A DNA stretch of 32,000 nt from Bacteriovoracia bacterium (lineage in GTDB: Bacteria; Bdellovibrionota; UBA1018; JBFWNL01). Under the pieces are notes generated by a model, which saw only the letters and a program-made list of their open reading frames with translations, had not been told where the DNA came from and did not search any database. Each line of letters starts with the position of its first letter. The first letter of the stretch is position 1. Position numbers and translations under genes: made by a program. The DNA lies in contig JBFWNL010000003.1 of the NCBI GenBank assembly GCA_050251055.1, positions 115,105 through 147,104 of the forward strand. Direction: 5' to 3'. Of the stretch, positions 18,707-28,191 are shown in pieces.

Positions 18707-20395
18707 TTACGCGGTTTTATCCGCGCCGTCCTTAGCTTCTTCGCCTTCCGGCGCCTTCTTCTCCCCGCGTACCCAGTCGCGAAGGATCAACGCCGCTTTG
18801 TGCGGATTGGCGTCGACCAAGGTTACGATCTTCTCCTTGATCATCTCGCCTTCGATTTTTTCCGGGTCAATCTGCTCTGGCAACTCCGGGACGACTTCGT
18901 CTACCGGCAGATTTTGGGCTTTCTGCAACTTCTCAAGCTCCTCGATCGTCTGCGGCAAGAACGTGTCCACGCTGTCGGTGGTGTTCTCGGTGACCCACTT
19001 GATGAACGGGCGAATGACGAACAGGAAGAACAAGATGATCAACAGGCCGATGACGGAGTAAACCATCATGTTCTGGAGATAGCTGCGACGCTCGCTGTCT
19101 TGGATCTGCTTTTCAGCCTCCGAGAAGTCCGCGCGGTTGAATTCCATGTTCTTGATCTGGATCGTGTCCCCTCGTTTGGGGTTTAAGCCCACGGCGCCCG
19201 CGATGATCTGCTCGAACTCCTTCAACTTATCTTCCGACCACGGTTCCACCTTCGCCTTCGCGTCGGGCTTCTCCGGATCTTTTACCTGTCGGCCATCGAC
19301 CACCACGGAAACCGAGAGCCGCGAGACCGTTCCGGACGGTTTCCGCGTCTGGCGGATGGTCTGCGGTACCTCGAAATTCGTCGTTTCGTGGACCTTCTGG
19401 GTATCCGTCTTGACTTGCGCGGCTTGCACGCCCGGCTGCTCGCCGGGGGTATTCGCGCGAACGCCGGCTACCCCGCCCGGCGCGGGACGGCTACCGGACA
19501 TCGAATCGTTATTTTTATAGGCCGAACGCACCGCGGAACCGTCGGCGTCGAAAGTCGTCTGGGTCTCGCTCACCTGGGAAAAATCCAGCTCCGCGCTCAC
19601 GCGGGCGACGACGTGCCCTTCGCCCACGACGGGAGACAGCATCTCCTCAACCCGCTTCTCCATGCTTTCTTCGAGCTTCCGGCGAAAATCAAGCTGGGTG
19701 GCGCTGGCTTGCACCAGCGGGTCACGCGTATTTTCGGAAAGAGTCCGCCCCGTCGAGTCAACGATCACGACCTTGCCGATATCTAGGCCTTCGACGGCGC
19801 TGGCGACAAGATTTCCGATGCCAAAAACTTGCTTCTCCGAAAGACGAACGCTGGGCTCGAGGTCGAGCACCACCGAAGCGGTCGGCTCCTTCTGATCCTG
19901 AATGAACGTGCTTTCCTTAGGGATAGCGAGGTGCACGCGCGCACGTTTCACGCCTTTGATGGCGCCGATCGTCCGCATCAGCTCGCCTTCTTTCGCGCGC
20001 AGCATGTTGATGCGTTGGACGAGACTAGTGGTCCCTAGGGACTGGTGGTCGAACACCTCATAACCCACGACGCTCGATTGCGGCAATCCCAAGGTCGCCA
20101 GCTCCATGCGCAGGTCGAACACGCTCTCCGGCGGAATCTCGATATTGCGTCCACTCTGGTCCACCTTGAAGGGGATCTGCTTTTGGCGCAGGACGCGCAT
20201 GACGTTGGCGGAGTCCTCCGGGTTGAGGTTGGTCATCAAGGGTCGGTAAGTCTGACTGCCCGCCCATTGGAACATCGCGAACACCCCGGCCAGCACCGCC
20301 ACGGACACCACGCCTAACGCAAGCTTGCGACCCGGGCTCAGCGCCGTGAAAAACTCGCCCAGCTGCCGAAAAACTTTCTTGAAATACTCGGTCAC
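18707..20395 (-). CDS. fliF: Flagellar MS-ring protein FliF
   Basis: 562 aa; YRPLMTNLNPEDSANVMRVLRQKQIPFKVDQSG..., RVHLAIPKESTFIQDQKEPTASVVLDL. Confidence 0.98.
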   Translation of the reverse strand: MTEYFKKVFRQLGEFFTALSPGRKLALGVVSVAVLAGVFAMFQWAGSQTYRPLMTNLNPEDSANVMRVLRQKQIPFKVDQSGRNIEIPPESVFDLRMELATLGLPQSSVVGYEVFDHQSLGTTSLVQRINMLRAKEGELMRTIGAIKGVKRARVHLAIPKESTFIQDQKEPTASVVLDLEPSVRLSEKQVFGIGNLVASAVEGLDIGKVVIVDSTGRTLSENTRDPLVQASATQLDFRRKLEESMEKRVEEMLSPVVGEGHVVARVSAELDFSQVSETQTTFDADGSAVRSAYKNNDSMSGSRPAPGGVAGVRANTPGEQPGVQAAQVKTDTQKVHETTNFEVPQTIRQTRKPSGTVSRLSVSVVVDGRQVKDPEKPDAKAKVEPWSEDKLKEFEQIIAGAVGLNPKRGDTIQIKNMEFNRADFSEAEKQIQDSERRSYLQNMMVYSVIGLLIILFFLFVIRPFIKWVTENTTDSVDTFLPQTIEELEKLQKAQNLPVDEVVPELPEQIDPEKIEGEMIKEKIVTLVDANPHKAALILRDWVRGEKKAPEGEEAKDGADKTA

Positions 20396-20427
20396 TTTAC
20401 GCTCCTATTTCCTAAAATTACCCGCTA

Positions 20428-20844
20428 CTAAACCTGCATCCTCATGATTTCGCGGTAGGCGTCGAGCACCTTGTTCCGCACCTGCATCATGAGTTTCAAC
20501 GACATTTCCGCCTTCTCCACGGCGAGCATCGTTTCATGCACATTCTTCGTTCGACCCGCGATAAGCTCCTTCATCGCGCTGTCCGCCTGCACCTGCGTCG
20601 AATTCACGTTTTCGAGCGTCCGCTGCAACATCTGCGCGAACCCGTCGGTCATGCCGCCTTTGGCGGCGGCCGGGTCGACGGCGCCGGGAGCGCCCATCAA
20701 TCCTTCGAGACCATCCGATACCTGCATGCCTTGGCGACGCATCTCCTCCATCACGCGGCGGTCGCTCATGGGCGAGGTGCCGCCCAAAGCGTCACCCTTC
20801 CAACCGCTCAGCTGATCGATGTTCTCCAACCGTAAATCGTTCAT
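20428..20844 (-). CDS. fliE: Flagellar hook-basal body complex protein FliE
   Basis: 138 aa; C-terminal NVHETMLAVEKAEMSLKLMMQVRNKVLDAYREIMRMQV is the FliE signature; stop/start overlap with flgC. Confidence 0.95.
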   Translation of the reverse strand: MNDLRLENIDQLSGWKGDALGGTSPMSDRRVMEEMRRQGMQVSDGLEGLMGAPGAVDPAAAKGGMTDGFAQMLQRTLENVNSTQVQADSAMKELIAGRTKNVHETMLAVEKAEMSLKLMMQVRNKVLDAYREIMRMQV

Positions 20845-21287
20845 TATCTACCGATCTCCAACGCTTTTTGGGCCATGGCCTTGGCCGCGTTCAACGTGTT
20901 CACGTTGGCGTCGTAAGAACGCTGGGCGCTGATCATATTCGCCATTTCCTCGACCGTGTTGACGTTCGGCATGGCGACATACCCTTCCTCGTTGGCGTCC
21001 GGGTGCGAGGGGTTGTAGACCATCCGCGGAGGACGCGTATCCTCGGCGATTTCGGTCACCTGCACGCCCTGGACGTTTTCATCCATGGCCGACTGAAGAA
21101 TCTCGCCGAAGCTCTCCCGATCGACCTGCGCCTCCAAGACCGGATCGCGCCGTTTGTAGGGGGCGATATTCCCGTCGGCGTCGCGGGTGGTTTCCGCGTT
21201 GGCCACGTTGCTCGAAATCGTATTTAGCCGCTTGGTTTGGGCTTCCAAACCGGAAGCGCTCACGCGCATGGACGAGAAGAAATCCAT
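20844..21287 (-). CDS. flgC: Flagellar basal-body rod protein FlgC
   Basis: 147 aa; MRVSASGLEAQTKRLNTISSNVANAETTR...GYVAMPNVNTVEEMANMISAQRSYDANVNTLNAAKAM. Confidence 0.97.
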   Translation of the reverse strand: MDFFSSMRVSASGLEAQTKRLNTISSNVANAETTRDADGNIAPYKRRDPVLEAQVDRESFGEILQSAMDENVQGVQVTEIAEDTRPPRMVYNPSHPDANEEGYVAMPNVNTVEEMANMISAQRSYDANVNTLNAAKAMAQKALEIGR

Positions 21288-21703
21288 TAGTTGCTACCTC
21301 CGCCTTCCGAGATCCCGTACTTCAGCATTCCGAGCTTCTTTTTGAGTAGCTCCACGGACGCGTTGTACATGATTTGGTTTTCCGTGGATTTGGCCATCTC
21401 GGCGGAGCGATCGACGGTGTTCCCGTCGAGCGATTCCACCCCGTTGGGGTCCTCCACGATTTCAGGATGAATGGGGTCGAGTTCCTTCGGAACCTGGTGT
21501 CCCGCGTGCGTCTGCTCGGGCCGAATCCCTTCGCCGACGTCAAGCGCTTCCCGTAACGCGGTCTCGAACTCCAGCTTCTTCGCCTTGTAATTCGGCGTGT
21601 CCGCGTTTGCGATGTTCGAGTTGATCACGTTCTGATTCACCATCCGCGCGTTCAAAGACGTATTCAGCGCGCCGATGGTGGAATCGAAAAGCTTATTGGA
21701 CAT
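21287..21703 (-). CDS. flgB: Flagellar basal-body rod protein FlgB
   Basis: 138 aa; LNARMVNQNVINSNIANADTPNYKAKKLEFETALREA, C-terminal KSTENQIMYNASVELLKKKLGMLKYGI. Confidence 0.96.
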   Translation of the reverse strand: MSNKLFDSTIGALNTSLNARMVNQNVINSNIANADTPNYKAKKLEFETALREALDVGEGIRPEQTHAGHQVPKELDPIHPEIVEDPNGVESLDGNTVDRSAEMAKSTENQIMYNASVELLKKKLGMLKYGISEGGGSN

Positions 21704-21733
21704 AGTCCCCCTTCAACCCAATATTCAAGTTAC

Positions 21734-21764
21734 ATGCCGCGTTCGCCGATACTCAGCGCGGCAT
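21734..21764. repeat. Inverted repeat upstream of flgB
   Basis: ATGCCGCG (21734-21741) - 15 nt - CGCGGCAT (21757-21764), perfect 8-bp arms. Confidence 0.7.
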
Positions 21765-21844
21765 TACGCGGTAACGAAAATACTTTTCCCCCTAGAACTA
21801 GGCGTTTTTTTCCGCCACGTTCACGTCCGGGTAAAACCTGCCGA

Positions 21845-22810
21845 CTAGACCTGAATGCCGATCTTGCGGTAATCCGAAAGCTTATTACGCAAGGTACGAA
21901 TCGAGATACCCAACGCCCGCGCCGTGTGCGTGCGGTTTCCGTTGTGGTACTGCAACGCCTCGAGAATCACGGAGCGCTCGATGTCGTTCAGCGTCTGACC
22001 TGGATTCCAGCTATAGCTTTCCGATCCCTCTTCGCCGGCCGCCAAGCCCGCGGCATCTTCGCGGTACTCGATCATGATGTCGCCATGGCCGATGGACGCG
22101 TCTTTGGCCGTGATGATCGAACGCTCGATCACGTTTGCGAGCTCACGAATATTACCCGGCCAGGCGTAAGCTTCGAGCTTAGCGAGGGCTTCCGGGGAGA
22201 ACGGTAGCGCGGGCCGACCATTTTTCTGCGAATACTGACCCACGAAGTACTCCGCGAGGTTCTTCACGTCGCCAATGCGGTCACGCAGCGGAGGCAAGGT
22301 GAGGTTTACCACGTTCAGGCGGTAATACAGGTCTTCGCGGAAAGTGCCTTCGGTAACGCAGCTAGCAAGATTCTTGTTCGTCGTCGCGATGATGCGGACG
22401 TCCACGGCGATGGGTTTACGGCCGCCGATCCGATCCACTTCGCCTTCTTGGATCACGCGCAATAGTTTCGCTTGGAGACGGATGTCCATCTCGGAAATTT
22501 CATCGAGCAGCAACGTGCCGCCGTTGGCGATTTCGAACTTACCCGCTTTGGCGTTCACGGCACCCGTGAAGGCCCCCCGCTCATGGCCAAACAGTTCCGA
22601 CTCGAGCAGATTTTCCGGTATCGCGGCGCAGTTGATCGCCACGAAGGGACGGTTGGCACGCGAGCTGTTCTGATGGATCAGGTTCGCCATCACTTCCTTG
22701 CCCGTGCCGCTTTCGCCCTGGATCAGCACGGTGGCCTTGCTCTGGGCGACCGTCTTCGCCAATTGAATCATCTCGCTCATCTTACGGTCCGCAGTGATCA
22801 GATCGTTCAT
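21845..22810 (-). CDS. Sigma-54-dependent transcriptional activator (AAA+ and Fis-type HTH, no N-terminal receiver domain)
   Basis: [53 protein letters not shown] motif, C-terminal [34 protein letters not shown] at 22810 has SD GGGAGG; the track start at 22840 is less likely. Confidence 0.95.
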   Translation of the reverse strand: MNDLITADRKMSEMIQLAKTVAQSKATVLIQGESGTGKEVMANLIHQNSSRANRPFVAINCAAIPENLLESELFGHERGAFTGAVNAKAGKFEIANGGTLLLDEISEMDIRLQAKLLRVIQEGEVDRIGGRKPIAVDVRIIATTNKNLASCVTEGTFREDLYYRLNVVNLTLPPLRDRIGDVKNLAEYFVGQYSQKNGRPALPFSPEALAKLEAYAWPGNIRELANVIERSIITAKDASIGHGDIMIEYREDAAGLAAGEEGSESYSWNPGQTLNDIERSVILEALQYHNGNRTHTARALGISIRTLRNKLSDYRKIGIQV

Positions 22811-22841
22811 CTTTACCCTCCCTGGTAAAATCGGTAACAAA

Positions 22842-25682
22842 TTAGTTTTCCGTTCTCTCTAACGCTTCCTGCGCTAATTTCTTCCAAGCGACGTCGCCGT
22901 CTTTGGTGCCTAGAATTTCCTTTAATGTCTGTACGGCCTTTTCCCGGTCATTCTCCTTGCCGGTTTTTCCCAGCACGCGGGCATAGCCGTAAAGCAGCTG
23001 GTCGTTACGCGCGCCCTGGGCAATCGCGTTCGCGAAAGCGCCGGCGGAGTCGGCGTAGTTCGCCGTGCGCTCCAACAACTCCGCTTCCTTGATAAAAAGT
23101 TCGGCCAAGCTCGGCAGACGGGGCACGCCCATGCCGACCAAGCCACGATTCGAATCCGGCGCGGCGGCCGCGAGCTTACGCTCGGCATCTTTAGAAGAAA
23201 TCGCCGGACCTTCCGGGTAGCCGGCGCGAATTTCCTGAATCGACTTGATGGCGCCGGGCAGATTCCCCGCCTTTTCCTGCAACGTCGCCACCCAGTAATC
23301 CAGCTGGCGATCGATCGTGGCTGAGCGCTTCGCGAAAAGCAGCTTAGCGCGCGCTACTCGGGTCATCGCCCGCTCCGGCTGGCCCTTGCGCTCGTCCATT
23401 AAGGCGTTCAAAACCTCTTTTTCCTGTGAATAAGGCGAGTCTTCGGAAACGCGGCCCAGGTAAGTACGAAGCTTCTCTTCCCACTTCAAGCCCCCGTCCA
23501 ACCAAAGCGCCTTAGCGTGGGTGAAAGCTTCTTCAGAACGGCGAAAGCGCTCGGTGACGTCGTCGTCCGCGGGATCCAAACCCGCGCCGCCAGCCGAGGT
23601 AGCGAGCTGGCGCCCATCCTTGGCGCTCCCGGTTTCGCCCTTCGCCTCGGTTGACGTACCCAGTCGCTTTTCGTAGGTGGAAACGATCTTCAAGGAAAGC
23701 GAGCCCAGCCCCAGATCGGAAGCCGCCTGCGCCAGCTTCAGCAAATAGTCCGACGTGATGGGGTCCTTATCACCCGGGACGATCGCGGCATACTTGTCGT
23801 AGAACGAAAGCGCCGCGAGCTGGTTTCCCGCGTCCAGGCGCTTCAAGATCTCTTTGCGGAATACGAAGCGGGAGAAATCGCTTAAGATCTCCCGCGCCGT
23901 CTGCCCAACGCGTCCCCGGAAGATCTCGGCGATCGTCTCGACGGCTTCGCCCTCGTAACCCATCATGACCAGCGTCCGCACGCGCGAGAGCGCGAGCAGA
24001 TCAGGGTAGTCATTCATCCACACCTGACTGGCGGCCAACGTCGAAGCAGCGAAGGCTTTAGCGTCACCCTCAAAATACTTTTTAGCGCCCTCATAAGTGA
24101 ACCCTCCGTGATCGCCGCAGGGAAGCAAGCGCAGCCGAGCGAGGGTCGCGCCCGGACTGATCGGGTGGTTATTCACGGTTTGATAGAGCCATTTACGAGC
24201 CTCGGCCTTGGCGCCGACTTCCGAATGCCGGTCATAGATCTCCGCCAACCGGTAAGAAGCCATCCAGCCCGCGCGATGCGAAGGGAAGCGGGTCAAGAAC
24301 GCTTTGAACTCCTCCTCCGCACGATCAAACTGCCCCAGCCAGTAAATCGCCTCCGCGCGATTCAGGTACACCTCCGGCAAGGTCGCGGCTTCTTTCTCGA
24401 AGTGCTTGAGGCCCGTGAAGTAGGCGGCGAGCGCCTGGGCGTATTGCTGGCGCTCAAGATAGAGGTCCCCGATGCTCAGGCCCGCGCGGGCACGCACGAC
24501 GGGGTCCTGCGCATTTTCGGCCACCCACTGATACTCCTCCGCGGCCCGAGCGGTCTGCTTCAGCATGAACAGGCACTCGGCCGAGGCCAACCGAAAGAGC
24601 CAGTTGAGCCGGTGGCTAGGATAGTTACGCGATAGACTAATGAAGTTCTCAAGGGCAGCCAGGTACTCGGCGTTTTGATAACGTTTGGCCGCCACGAATA
24701 ACCCAGCATGCAGCCCTACCGGAGAACCCTTCGCAGTGACCGAAAGATCATGGAAGATGCGGTTCGCGTCGTCCTGCAGCCCCAGCTTCACGAGCGCGTT
24801 GCCCCGCAAGAAATGCATTTCATTACGATAGGACGACTTGGGGTATTCCGTGTCGAGGAACTCGATCGTCCGGATGGCTAGCGCGGGCTTGCCCTGGCGG
24901 TAAAGGGACAACGCCAGGCGCACGTATTGGGCGTCTTTTTCGTCGCCCTTTGGCTCGAGGTACGGATAATCGCTATCGGGGGTCGTTAGCGAGAACCACT
25001 TCCCGAAATCGATCGGCACATGAACCGCCCGGAAGCGCACGAAGATGTCGTTCTGGGTGTTGACGGGTTCTTGACAGTATTTTTGGGTGTCCGCCGCATC
25101 GAGCTCCTTCTTCAAGGTGGCGATGCGCCGCTGCACCTGGCGCTTGGCTTTTTCTTCGGATTTCTTTCGAAGCGTGTATTTTTTGGCGCGCTCTCGTTCG
25201 GCCACCACTTGGGCATGCGTGGGACCCGGCTTCACCCAAAAATCGACCACGAATCGAGACGGGGTCTTTTCCCGGAACTCGAAAGTTTCCATCTGGGGCT
25301 GAAACGGAGCTTCCGGCCCGGTGGGAAACTTCCACGCGCCGGTCACCACCACTCCCGCCTCGGTTTCCGCTACTTTCAGATCGCCCAGGCGGGCGTCCCT
25401 TAAGTCGCTCAATCCCGTCAACCAACGCGCTTCCCCACCAAAGGGAGCCCCCAGATCCACGAGCCCCAGCTCCTTGAAGACCAGTTCGAACCCCTGGGCG
25501 GTGCTTCTCCACTCCGCCTTCACGCCGGAATCAACCCGGAAGACCAGTCGGGAGTGAGTATTGAAAGTTTGGATGGAGATGGCGCGATCGGTCCAGGCTG
25601 GGGCCCCGTGCGCGAACGCCGGCGCCAACGCCATGACAAAGATCAGAAGGTAACGTACCCAGTTGAAGAGCATCCTGCTCAT
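22842..25682 (-). CDS. Large exported TPR-repeat protein with N-terminal AMIN-like beta domain and a short coiled coil
   Basis: ORF 22842..25703 (953 aa); internal Met at 25682 ([29 protein letters not shown]) starts a good signal peptide. Repeated TPR-like segments ([96 protein letters not shown]). Confidence 0.85.
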   Translation of the reverse strand: MSRMLFNWVRYLLIFVMALAPAFAHGAPAWTDRAISIQTFNTHSRLVFRVDSGVKAEWRSTAQGFELVFKELGLVDLGAPFGGEARWLTGLSDLRDARLGDLKVAETEAGVVVTGAWKFPTGPEAPFQPQMETFEFREKTPSRFVVDFWVKPGPTHAQVVAERERAKKYTLRKKSEEKAKRQVQRRIATLKKELDAADTQKYCQEPVNTQNDIFVRFRAVHVPIDFGKWFSLTTPDSDYPYLEPKGDEKDAQYVRLALSLYRQGKPALAIRTIEFLDTEYPKSSYRNEMHFLRGNALVKLGLQDDANRIFHDLSVTAKGSPVGLHAGLFVAAKRYQNAEYLAALENFISLSRNYPSHRLNWLFRLASAECLFMLKQTARAAEEYQWVAENAQDPVVRARAGLSIGDLYLERQQYAQALAAYFTGLKHFEKEAATLPEVYLNRAEAIYWLGQFDRAEEEFKAFLTRFPSHRAGWMASYRLAEIYDRHSEVGAKAEARKWLYQTVNNHPISPGATLARLRLLPCGDHGGFTYEGAKKYFEGDAKAFAASTLAASQVWMNDYPDLLALSRVRTLVMMGYEGEAVETIAEIFRGRVGQTAREILSDFSRFVFRKEILKRLDAGNQLAALSFYDKYAAIVPGDKDPITSDYLLKLAQAASDLGLGSLSLKIVSTYEKRLGTSTEAKGETGSAKDGRQLATSAGGAGLDPADDDVTERFRRSEEAFTHAKALWLDGGLKWEEKLRTYLGRVSEDSPYSQEKEVLNALMDERKGQPERAMTRVARAKLLFAKRSATIDRQLDYWVATLQEKAGNLPGAIKSIQEIRAGYPEGPAISSKDAERKLAAAAPDSNRGLVGMGVPRLPSLAELFIKEAELLERTANYADSAGAFANAIAQGARNDQLLYGYARVLGKTGKENDREKAVQTLKEILGTKDGDVAWKKLAQEALERTEN

Positions 25683-25754
25683 GTTCCTCAGTTTTCGCCC
25701 CACGCACCCGCCATCCTGACGAGCCCGTAAGCTATTGCCACGGAAATAAACAAA

Positions 25755-25769
25755 GCAAACCCAGTGCCA
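25755..25769 (-). promoter_or_regulatory. Sigma-54 (RpoN) -24/-12 promoter for the TPR protein + sigma-54 activator genes
   Basis: Minus strand TGGCAC-TGGGT-TTGC, matching consensus TGGCAC-N5-TTGC with correct GG-N10-GC spacing; about 70 nt upstream of the 25682 start. Confidence 0.8.
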
Positions 25770-25970
25770 ACTTTTTTCCTAGCGACGACTTTGCCCAATC
25801 CGTTGTTACCGCTAGGCATTTTCAAATCGGCAAAACCTTCAGGCCACGCGCGGACTCGCGGTTTTTTGACCCTCCGTCAGAAAGGGCCACAATTCCGGCG
25901 AGGAATTTGACGACCTTGCGGTGCACATGACCGTTGATTCCACCGGCGAATTACCATAGATATAATAGAT

Positions 25971-26525
25971 ATGCCCCACCGCTTCCCTCGCTTCGCCGTC
26001 GCGGCCGCCGCGATCGCCCTGGGCGCGCTCTCCTCCGGATGCAGCGTGCTCATTGGCAATGTGAAGCCCGTCGCCGAACATGCGGACGGCTACACGGTGG
26101 CGGAACTCCCAAAGCAAGATGCGAACTGGGCGCCGATCGAACAAGATCCCGGCGCGCCTTCCGATCCCCAGGTGTCCGACTACGCCTACCAATCCAAGCG
26201 GACCGCCTCGATCATCTCGCTCACCACGAACTGTCGTAAGCGAAACGTGGATGAGCCCAAGAACCTCCAGGAGCTGACAAACCTTCTATACATGGGCGTG
26301 GCGAACATCACCGATCGCAACGAGAAGAATTTGACGATCCGGGGCACGCCCGCGCTCGAAACCACCCTGCGCGGAAACCTGAACAACCAGGACATGATGT
26401 TCCGGACCGTGGTCATGCGTCGGGACACCTGCATCTTCGATTTCATGTACATCGCTCGACCGAAGCACTTTCCCGAAGAGGAAAAAACGTTCGGTGAATT
26501 TATTGCCTCCCTGAATTTCAAATAG
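25971..26525 (+). CDS. Predicted lipoprotein upstream of mlaE
   Basis: 184 aa; signal peptide and lipobox ALSSGC; tandem arrangement with mlaE-like gene 32 bp downstream. Confidence 0.8.
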   Translation: MPHRFPRFAVAAAAIALGALSSGCSVLIGNVKPVAEHADGYTVAELPKQDANWAPIEQDPGAPSDPQVSDYAYQSKRTASIISLTTNCRKRNVDEPKNLQELTNLLYMGVANITDRNEKNLTIRGTPALETTLRGNLNNQDMMFRTVVMRRDTCIFDFMYIARPKHFPEEEKTFGEFIASLNFK

Positions 26526-26557
26526 TCCCCGCAACTGTTTAGCTTTAGACTGACTTC

Positions 26558-27403
26558 ATGGCGTCTTCGACCATCGCTTCCATCGACGCGGGCAATCCCG
26601 TCGTTCGCGCGTTCAAGAAATTTTCACGCCGATTGGGCGAACGCATGATTTCATCCGTACGCTTCGCGGGCGGCTTCGGATTGTTGAGCCTGCAGATCTT
26701 TCGGGAGATGTTCCGTCCCCCGTATTACCCAAAACTGCTGATCGATCAGGTCTTCCACCTCGGCATAAAATCTTTCCTGCTCACCACGGTGGTGGGCTTG
26801 GCCACCGGTTCCGTCATGGCCCTGCAGTTCGGCTACGGCCTCGAGAAGTTCGGCGGTAAAATGTATGTGCCCAAGATTGTCGCGCTCGCGATTTTGCGCG
26901 AAATGGGCCCCGTTTTCACTAGCCTTTTGCTCGCCGGCCGCATCGGCTCGGGCATTGCCTCCGAAGTCGCCTCGATGAACGTGACCCAGCAAATCGACGC
27001 CATCCGCGCGCTGGGAACCAGTCCCATCAAAAAGATTGTCATCCCGCGCCTCATGGCCAGCATGATCGCGTTGCCGATCCTTACCCTCTTCTCCGATTAC
27101 ATCGGGATTTTCGGTGCCATGCTCGTGTCGCTGCACGAACTGAACATCAACACCGAATACTTCATCGCCACCGCCGTCGATTCCCTCCGCATGACCGATC
27201 TGCTGACGGGCATGGCCAAAACCGTCGTGTTTGCCTACTTTATATCCGTCGCCGCATGCTGGAAGGGCCTGAACACCGAGCGGGGCACGCAGGGCGTGGG
27301 CAACACCACGACCTGGGTGGTCGTCGCCTCGAGCATCTTCATCATGGTCAGCGACTTTTTTCTAACGAAGTTGTTTATCCTGACGGTTTACGACAAAGGT
27401 TAA
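26558..27403 (+). CDS. mlaE: MlaE-family lipid ABC transporter permease
   Basis: 281 aa; LTTVVGLATGSVMALQFGYGLEKFG...LAILREMGPVFTSLLLAGRIGSGIASEVASMNVTQQIDAIRALGTSPI is diagnostic of MlaE/YrbE. Confidence 0.96.
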   Translation: MASSTIASIDAGNPVVRAFKKFSRRLGERMISSVRFAGGFGLLSLQIFREMFRPPYYPKLLIDQVFHLGIKSFLLTTVVGLATGSVMALQFGYGLEKFGGKMYVPKIVALAILREMGPVFTSLLLAGRIGSGIASEVASMNVTQQIDAIRALGTSPIKKIVIPRLMASMIALPILTLFSDYIGIFGAMLVSLHELNINTEYFIATAVDSLRMTDLLTGMAKTVVFAYFISVAACWKGLNTERGTQGVGNTTTWVVVASSIFIMVSDFFLTKLFILTVYDKG

Positions 27404-27408
27404 GCCAA

Positions 27409-28191
27409 ATGGCCTCGCGGGAGAAATCCAACTCAAACGACGTGGTGCTGGATGTGCGAGGCCTCCATAAGGCGTACGGAACCAAGCGTGTCCACCGCGG
27501 GGTTTCGTTTCAGCTTTATCGGCACGAGATCCTGGGATTGTTCGGCGGATCCGGCAGTGGCAAGAGCGTGATCTTACGCTCGATCATCGGGCTGGAAAAA
27601 CCCGACGAGGGGCAGATCATTTTCGACGGTCAGGACATCACCCAGCTAACCGAGGAGGAACTATTTAAGGTACGCACCCATATCGGCTATGTGTTCCAAA
27701 ATGGCGCGCTATTCGATTCGCTGAGCGTGGAGGAAAACCTCACTTATCCGCTCGAAGCCCACACGCAGCTCACGCCCACGGAAATCCACGCCAAGGTGAA
27801 CAAGATGCTCGAAACGGTGGACATGAAAGGTAGCAATGACCTGCTGCCGTCGGAGCTGTCGGGGGGCATGCAAAAACGCGCGGGACTGGCGCGGGCGATC
27901 ATCCTGGAACCCGAGATCATCCTTTTCGACGAGCCGACCGCGGGCCTGGACCCTACTAACACGCGACGCCTCACGGAAAACGTCAAGCGACTGAAAGCGA
28001 ACGGCATCACGGGAATCTTCGTCACCCACGATATCCCAAGCGCGTTCGAAATCGCCGACCGTATCGCCATCCTGAATGAGGGCCGCATCGCCGTCTGTGA
28101 CACGGTCGAGAATATCAAGAAGTCCAAAGACCCGCTTGTGCAATCATTTATCGCCGAGGCGCTGGGACTACACGGAGAGCACGCAAGATGA
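27409..28191 (+). CDS. mlaF: MlaF-family ABC transporter ATP-binding protein
   Basis: Walker A GGSGSGKSVILRSIIGL, signature LSGGMQKRAGLARAI, Walker B EIILFDEPTAGLDP. ATG at 27409 (MASREKSNSNDVVLDVRGLHKAYG) preferred over the track start at 27256, which overlaps mlaE by 148 nt. Confidence 0.96.
   Translation: MASREKSNSNDVVLDVRGLHKAYGTKRVHRGVSFQLYRHEILGLFGGSGSGKSVILRSIIGLEKPDEGQIIFDGQDITQLTEEELFKVRTHIGYVFQNGALFDSLSVEENLTYPLEAHTQLTPTEIHAKVNKMLETVDMKGSNDLLPSELSGGMQKRAGLARAIILEPEIILFDEPTAGLDPTNTRRLTENVKRLKANGITGIFVTHDIPSAFEIADRIAILNEGRIAVCDTVENIKKSKDPLVQSFIAEALGLHGEHAR

Noticed and set aside
21788-21813. Minus-strand GTGGCGGAAAAAAACGCC upstream of flgB as a sigma-54 promoter
   Set aside because: GG to GC spacing is 11 nt rather than 10 and the TTGC box is absent; not callable by eye.
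25839-26192. 117-aa minus-strand ORF overlapping the mla-operon lipoprotein
   Set aside because: Arg/Gly-rich composition typical of an antisense artefact; the plus-strand ORF has a signal peptide and lipobox.
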